Assembly (NCBI RefSeq): GCF_000011325.1 | Contig: NC_003450.3 | Location: forward strand, 2,370,001 to 2,402,000 | Source: Corynebacterium glutamicum ATCC 13032 | Lineage (GTDB): Bacteria; Actinomycetota; Actinomycetes; Mycobacteriales; Mycobacteriaceae | DNA length: 32,000 bases | Direction: 5' to 3' | Shown here: in pieces, positions 27,174 through 32,000 of the stretch | Layout of the letters: each line of letters opens with the position of its first letter | How positions within the stretch are numbered: the stretch's first letter is position 1 | Notes under the pieces: generated by a model | Database searches by the model: none | What the model was told of the DNA's origin: nothing | Seen by the model: the letters and a program-made list of their open reading frames with translations, nothing else | Made by a program: the position numbers and the translations under genes

Positions 27174-27264
27174 GTTGTGGAGGGGCGCGTCGAAAAGCAA
27201 TTTTTTTTCCAAGATAGCTCACTTTATTGGAGTCACCTGGCCTGAAATCCTCTACTCTGGGCGC

Positions 27265-29103
27265 ATGACCATTCCAGGAGCTTCCACACAGACTGATATC
27301 CCTCTGGACACACTTCTTGAGGATTACGCGCTACTGTCAGACACTCACACCGGCGCTCTGCTGTCCAACATGGGCAGTTTGGACTGGTTGTGCCTGCCTC
27401 GTTTTGATTCCCAAGCCATGTTCACCAGGCTGCTTGGTGATCGCGAGCACGGACACTGGAGTTTGCGTGTCCCAGGTGGTGAGGTGATCAGCCAAAACTA
27501 CCTCGGCGATTCCTTCGTGGTGCAGACCGTGTGGCGTTCAGAGACCGGTACTGCCCGGGTTGTTGATTTCATGCCAATTCACGGTCAAGAACAACCCGAT
27601 ATCACCGACCTGGTGCGCTCTGTGCACTGCGTGGAAGGCGAAGTGGATGTGGAATCGATCCTGCGCCTGCGTTTTGATTATGGCGAGTCCACTCCGTATT
27701 TCCGCACCAGCACTGTCGACGGCATCAGCATCGTGCAGGCTGTCGCCGGCCCCAATGCGGTATATGTTCGTGGACCTGAGATGCCACACCGCCCTGCAAA
27801 GGATTGTCACAGTGGCACCTTCCACCTGACGGCCGGCGAATCCGTGGAATGGGTTCTCACCTGGGCACCGTCGTTCGAACCGCATCCCCCCATGCCGGAT
27901 TACACCCGCTCTTTGGAGAGCACCTTGAGCTTCTGGGCATCATGGGTTGAAGAGCTCCCCCACCAGCGCCTCTACGACGCTGAAGTCCGCCGCTCCATGC
28001 TCGTACTGCGCGCCTTGACCGATCTACAAACCGGTGGCATCGTGGCCGCACCGACCACCTCACTACCAGAGGATTTCGGAGGCATCCGTAACTGGGACTA
28101 CCGCTACGTGTGGCTGCGCGACTCCGCACTCACCATTGAAGCCCTCGTGGAATACGGATTCTCCCAAGCAGCCCTCCAATGGCGCACCTGGCTGCTGCGC
28201 GCCATCGCAGGCGACCCGGAAAACCTCCGCATCATGTATGGCCTCGGCGGCGAACGACACCTCCCTGAACGCGAACTCCAACACCTGCGCGGATACGAAA
28301 ACTCCGTGCCTGTTCGCGTTGGCAATGGAGCCGCCGAACAATACCAAGCAGATGTCGTCGGCGAAGTAATGGTCGCGCTTGAAACCATCCGCCGCGCCGG
28401 GTGCCTCGAGGACGAATTCTCCTGGGGCATGCAAAAAGCCATCCTCGATTTCCAAGAAGCCAACTTCGACCGCAAGGATCAAGGCATCTGGGAAATGCGC
28501 TCCGAACCGCAATATTTCACCCACGGCCGCGCCATGATGTGGGCCGGCTTCGACCGCGGCATCAAAGCCATCGAAGAATTCAACCTCGACGGCCCCATCG
28601 AGCGCTGGCGTGAACTCCGCGCCAAACTCCGCGAAGAAATCATGACCAACGGCTTCAACGAAGAGATCCAATCCTTCACCCAGTGCTACGACAACACCCA
28701 AGTCGACGCCTCGCTGCTTCAGCTCGCCCAAATAGGCTTCATCGGCTTCGACGATCCAAAAATGCTCAGCACCGTAGCGCGCATTGAGCAAGAGCTTCTC
28801 GACGCCCACGGCTTTCTTCACAGGTACCACACCGACGGGTCTGACGGCCTTGCCGGCGACGAATACCCCTTCCTCATCTGTTCATTCTGGCTGGTAGAAC
28901 AATACGCAAGCTCCAACCGCCTCGACGAGGCCAAAGAAAAGATGAACCGCATCCTTGCCGTCCAAAGCCCACTTGGCCTACTGGCTGAGGAATACTCCAC
29001 CCACCATGGCAGGCTCGCTGGAAACTACCCTCAGGCCTTTTCCCACATTGGTCTGATCAGCGCTGCCCGTGCCATAAATTTCGAAGAAGCGCGAAACAGG
29101 TAG
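27265..29103 (+). CDS. Glycoside hydrolase family 15 protein (glucoamylase/trehalase-like)
   Basis: 612 aa from ATG 27265. The track start at TTG 27172 would overlap the tRNA terminator. GH15 (alpha/alpha)6-barrel signatures are present: GGIVAAPTTSLPE..GG.RNWDYRY.WLRD, the catalytic-region QADVVGE, and a C-terminal LLAEEY....L.GN.PQAFSH. Confidence 0.88.
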   Translation: MTIPGASTQTDIPLDTLLEDYALLSDTHTGALLSNMGSLDWLCLPRFDSQAMFTRLLGDREHGHWSLRVPGGEVISQNYLGDSFVVQTVWRSETGTARVVDFMPIHGQEQPDITDLVRSVHCVEGEVDVESILRLRFDYGESTPYFRTSTVDGISIVQAVAGPNAVYVRGPEMPHRPAKDCHSGTFHLTAGESVEWVLTWAPSFEPHPPMPDYTRSLESTLSFWASWVEELPHQRLYDAEVRRSMLVLRALTDLQTGGIVAAPTTSLPEDFGGIRNWDYRYVWLRDSALTIEALVEYGFSQAALQWRTWLLRAIAGDPENLRIMYGLGGERHLPERELQHLRGYENSVPVRVGNGAAEQYQADVVGEVMVALETIRRAGCLEDEFSWGMQKAILDFQEANFDRKDQGIWEMRSEPQYFTHGRAMMWAGFDRGIKAIEEFNLDGPIERWRELRAKLREEIMTNGFNEEIQSFTQCYDNTQVDASLLQLAQIGFIGFDDPKMLSTVARIEQELLDAHGFLHRYHTDGSDGLAGDEYPFLICSFWLVEQYASSNRLDEAKEKMNRILAVQSPLGLLAEEYSTHHGRLAGNYPQAFSHIGLISAARAINFEEARNR

Positions 29104-29158
29104 AGTCTAAGGTGTCATTCTTGGTACAAGTTTTATATTTAGGGAGAGTTATCCACAC

Positions 29159-29401
29159 ATGATCCAGTTAGTGATAGGCGCTGCAGCAGGCTACGTGCTT
29201 GGCACAAAGGCCGGCCGCAAGCGTTACCACCAGATCAAAAAGGGATATGAGGCAGCGATTAACTCCCCTGCCACCAAATCTGCAGTAAACGCCGCCCGCA
29301 AAGCCATTGCCAACAAGCTGGATCCGCAGCCCCGCATGAAGGAAGTAAAAAACCTGCGGACTGCGGACGGGCATGAAGTCCTCGAGCAAGACCAGGACTA
29401 A
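29159..29401 (+). CDS. Small conserved membrane-anchored protein (YtxH-like/hypothetical)
   Basis: 80-aa ORF with GGGAGAG upstream. The N-terminus is a Gly/Ala-rich hydrophobic helix (MIQLVIGAAAGYVLGTKAGRKRY), followed by a basic, helical tail. Confidence 0.6.
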   Translation: MIQLVIGAAAGYVLGTKAGRKRYHQIKKGYEAAINSPATKSAVNAARKAIANKLDPQPRMKEVKNLRTADGHEVLEQDQD

Positions 29402-29402
29402 A

Positions 29403-31304
29403 TTACCCTCTAAACGCCCGGGCCAACAGCTCCCGGCGCGCCTGTTCCAGGGCAACCAGATCGGAAAACAGCGAGTTGTAGGCTTGCTCATCTTCAGACG
29501 GACGCATTCTTTGCAGCTGTCCTTTCAAGATGGCGATCTGGTTGCCCACTCGTGTTTCCTGCAGCCTGGACAACACACCATCGGTATATGATTCCAGGTC
29601 TTGCGCTTCCACCTCGATGGGTTCCATCGCCAGCTCTGACACCAACGACGTGCCCAAAATATCAGTCATATTTTCCGATACGGCAGGCAACCAATCAGTG
29701 CCATCGAGGGCACGTTCACATCCCCCAGCAGCCGAAATGGCATCGCGTACCATGCGGTAGGCAGGGTTGGTGAAGCTATCGGTTGGCAGTCCATCAAAGT
29801 ACGATCCCGCGAGCTCCGGATATTGCAGGGCGATCTTGAGTGATTCCCGTTCCTGCCACAGCACAGGGTTCCGCGGATTAGGCAGCGCCATGGTGGGTCG
29901 CAGGCTTTGATCCTCGAGCGGTTGATCGAAACGCTTTGCACGCACAGGCTTCTTATCGCGCTTGGGGCGACGTGCTTCCTCGTGAACCTGACGCAGCACC
30001 TCTGAAGGATCAGACCAGCCGACCCAACCAGACAGCAGGCGGGCGTATTCAGACTGCAGCGTCTTATCGCGAATATCCGCCACGATGGGGACTGCCCGAC
30101 GAAGCGCAGCCAGACGGCCTTCCACGGTGTCGAGGGTGTATTCGCTGATGATCGATTGGATGACGAACTCAAACATCGGGATGCGTCGTGCCACAAGATC
30201 ACGCACCGCCGCATCGCCACGCTCAAGGCGCAGATCACACGGATCCATGCCGTTGGGTGCCACAGACACAAATGATTGTCCTGTGAACTTCTGATCGCCC
30301 TCAAAGGCACGCATGGCGGCCTTCTGGCCGGCCTCATCACCATCGAAGGTGTAAATCAGTTCACCGCGGAAGTAGTTATCATCCAGCATGAGTCGACGAA
30401 GCATCTGCAAGTGTTCTTCACCAAACGCAGTGCCACACGATGCCACGGCTGTATCAATGCCCGCGGCATGCATGGCCATCACATCGGTGTAGCCTTCCAC
30501 CACTACTGCTTGGTGGCCAGCTGCAATGGCCTTCTTTGCAGAATCTAGACCAAAGAGCACCTTGGACTTTTTGTACAACAACGTCTCAGGCGTATTCATG
30601 TACTTGCCCATTTTGTCGTCATCGAAAAGCTTGCGGGCGCCAAAACCAATGACATCACCAGACAGGTTCTTGATCGGCCACAGCAACCTGCGCTGGAACT
30701 GATCAATCGGACCGCGCTTACCCATCTTGCTTAGACCGGCAGCTTCTAATTCCTTGAACTCAAAGCCCTTCTTCAGCAAATGCTTGGTCAAGGTATCCCA
30801 GCCGGCAGGCGCATAGCCACATTCGAAATGATAAATGTGCTGCTGTCCGAATCCACGCTGCAGCAAAAACTCCCTGCCAGGTTGTGCTTCGGGGGTTTCT
30901 AATTGCTCGCGATAAAACTGGTGCGCAGCCTTATTAGCCAAAATAAGGCGCTGGCGAGTTCCAGGTTCCTCACGGCGCCCCGGGCCACCACCTTGGTAAT
31001 TGATCTGATAACCAATTTTCTCCGCACACACTTCCACAGCCTCAGGGAAAGAGATGTGTTCCATCTCCATGAGGAAGGAGAACACATCTCCACCTTTGCC
31101 GGTGGAGAAACAGTGGTAGTAACCACGGTTGGGGCGCACATGGAACGATGGTGTTTTTTCATCTTTAAAGGGAGAAAGCCCCTTGAGCGAATCAGCACCT
31201 GCCGATTTCAGCTGCACATAATCACCCACGATCTCCTCGATCGGGGTGCGCTCGCGGATTGCCTGAATGTCACTTTCCGGAATACGTCCCTTTGCCATGA
31301 CCAT
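29403..31304 (-). CDS. dnaG: DNA primase
   Basis: Zinc-ribbon CHCFSTGKGGDVFSF, the TOPRIM region VVVEGYTDVMA...DGDEAG, and a C-terminal DnaB-interaction-type helical domain. The preferred start is ATG 31304 (MVMAKGRIPESD), giving 633 aa. The track start at 31349 would overlap the divergent RNase gene. Confidence 0.95.
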   Translation of the reverse strand: MVMAKGRIPESDIQAIRERTPIEEIVGDYVQLKSAGADSLKGLSPFKDEKTPSFHVRPNRGYYHCFSTGKGGDVFSFLMEMEHISFPEAVEVCAEKIGYQINYQGGGPGRREEPGTRQRLILANKAAHQFYREQLETPEAQPGREFLLQRGFGQQHIYHFECGYAPAGWDTLTKHLLKKGFEFKELEAAGLSKMGKRGPIDQFQRRLLWPIKNLSGDVIGFGARKLFDDDKMGKYMNTPETLLYKKSKVLFGLDSAKKAIAAGHQAVVVEGYTDVMAMHAAGIDTAVASCGTAFGEEHLQMLRRLMLDDNYFRGELIYTFDGDEAGQKAAMRAFEGDQKFTGQSFVSVAPNGMDPCDLRLERGDAAVRDLVARRIPMFEFVIQSIISEYTLDTVEGRLAALRRAVPIVADIRDKTLQSEYARLLSGWVGWSDPSEVLRQVHEEARRPKRDKKPVRAKRFDQPLEDQSLRPTMALPNPRNPVLWQERESLKIALQYPELAGSYFDGLPTDSFTNPAYRMVRDAISAAGGCERALDGTDWLPAVSENMTDILGTSLVSELAMEPIEVEAQDLESYTDGVLSRLQETRVGNQIAILKGQLQRMRPSEDEQAYNSLFSDLVALEQARRELLARAFRG

Positions 31305-31343
31305 CACTTTAGCCCGTCCCTTTAGTGTGCCTATATTGGTTGT

Positions 31344-31838
31344 ATGCAAAACAGCAAGAAGACCCTCGGCGGAGTGCTCGGAGTCATCGTTGTCCTCGCT
31401 GCTGCATGGTTTGGAATTGATCTGTCCACTTCAGGTGAAGCCACCAGCCAAGCATCAAGCTCAGCAACTACTACCACTATTACTAGCTCTAACACTCCAA
31501 CATCTGAGTCCATCTCCAGCAACAGCGACTTAGACGGTGACAGCTGCTCCATGAGTGAGCTGCCACAAGAAGCTGATGAGGTGGTCGACGATATCCTCGC
31601 CGGTGGTCCTTTTGATTACCCAGACAATGACGGCGTGCGCTTTGGAAACTACGAAGGCGTACTACCGAAAGAGTCCAGCAACTACTACCGCGAATACACC
31701 GTGGAAACCCCAGGACTTAGCCACCGCGGTCCACTGCGCATTGTCACCGGTGGATCAAACCCAACTGATCCAGAGGTGTGGTACTACACCTCAGATCACT
31801 ATGAAACTTTCTGTGCCATCACCGATGCGGAGAACTAA
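31344..31838 (+). CDS. Secreted guanyl-specific ribonuclease (RNase Sa / N1-T1 microbial RNase family)
   Basis: An N-terminal TM/signal segment and a Ser/Thr-rich linker are followed by LPQEADEVVDDILAGGPFDYPDNDGVRFGNYEGVLPKESSNYYREYTVETPGLSHRGPLRIVTGG....WYYTSDHYETFCAI. This aligns motif-for-motif with RNase Sa (LPPEA...GPFPY..DGVVF.N.E.VLP...YY.EYTV.TPG...RG..RI......YYT.DHY.TF). Confidence 0.9.
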   Translation: MQNSKKTLGGVLGVIVVLAAAWFGIDLSTSGEATSQASSSATTTTITSSNTPTSESISSNSDLDGDSCSMSELPQEADEVVDDILAGGPFDYPDNDGVRFGNYEGVLPKESSNYYREYTVETPGLSHRGPLRIVTGGSNPTDPEVWYYTSDHYETFCAITDAEN

Positions 31839-32000
31839 ATGAATATCGTCTTGCAGGGATCGTTTAGCACTCGACAGGAGTTCTTTGATCTCCTCGGTGC
31901 CGCTGCCTGGGGTGTGGAACGACCAGCGCCAACCAATCTGGACGGCATGGTCGATCTGATCCGGGAAACTGGACTGGACACAATCACCGTCAAAGGTCAC
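31839..32000 (+). CDS. Barstar-family ribonuclease inhibitor, N-terminal part; runs off the right window edge
   Basis: Absent from the ORF track. Manual translation from ATG 31839, immediately after the RNase TAA (taaATG), gives MNIVLQGSFSTRQEFFDLLGAAAWGVERPAPTNLDGMVDLIRETGLDTITVKGH... The pattern F..L......P...G.NLD...DLI matches the barstar-family core, and the position directly downstream of an RNase Sa-type gene is the canonical arrangement. Confidence 0.75.
   Translation, partial: MNIVLQGSFSTRQEFFDLLGAAAWGVERPAPTNLDGMVDLIRETGLDTITVKGH

Noticed and set aside
26808-27180. Possible CRISPR-like or other short-period repeat array
   Set aside because: The repeat is simply two copies of a tRNA-Asn transcription unit with a 211-bp period. 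No CRISPR-type repeat-spacer structure was seen anywhere in the window.

Overview
The window reads as an actinobacterial chromosome segment. From the protein sequences (AceE E1p, PhoD, PtpA, Surf1, DnaG) and the gene order, I recognise it as the aceE-to-dnaG region of a Corynebacterium glutamicum-type genome. This is recognition only; no database search was run.

Most of the window is core genome:
- An RNA-metabolism block: RNB exoribonuclease (partial), RNase P RNA, RNase H/histidine-phosphatase fusion, Zn-ribbon protein, Nif3.
- A phosphatase pair (HAD phosphatase and ptpA), followed by surf1.
- aceE behind a 660-bp AT-rich control region.
- A three-gene ABC importer.
- acpM, a NagD-like HAD, an App1-like phosphatase, phoD, a GH15 hydrolase and dnaG.
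- Four tRNAs: Val-TAC, Met-CAT, and two tandem Asn-GTT.

Features that are not housekeeping:
1. A decayed IS5-family element with recognisable 20-bp terminal inverted repeats. It lies 45 bp upstream of a TetR gene that is itself inactivated.
2. A ~240-bp non-coding element present twice in direct orientation, 19.4 kb apart.
3. A block of five small hypothetical genes (22.07-24.94 kb) abutting the 3' end of tRNA-Met. Their sequences look like orphan immunity proteins of polymorphic-toxin systems (DUF4274-like, SUKH-like, Imm1-like), and no toxin gene is present.
4. A secreted RNase Sa-family ribonuclease with a barstar-like inhibitor gene, placed divergently 39 bp from dnaG.

No CRISPR array, integrase or intact transposase was seen. 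Two partial CDSs at the window edges are absent from the supplied ORF track and were found by manual translation.
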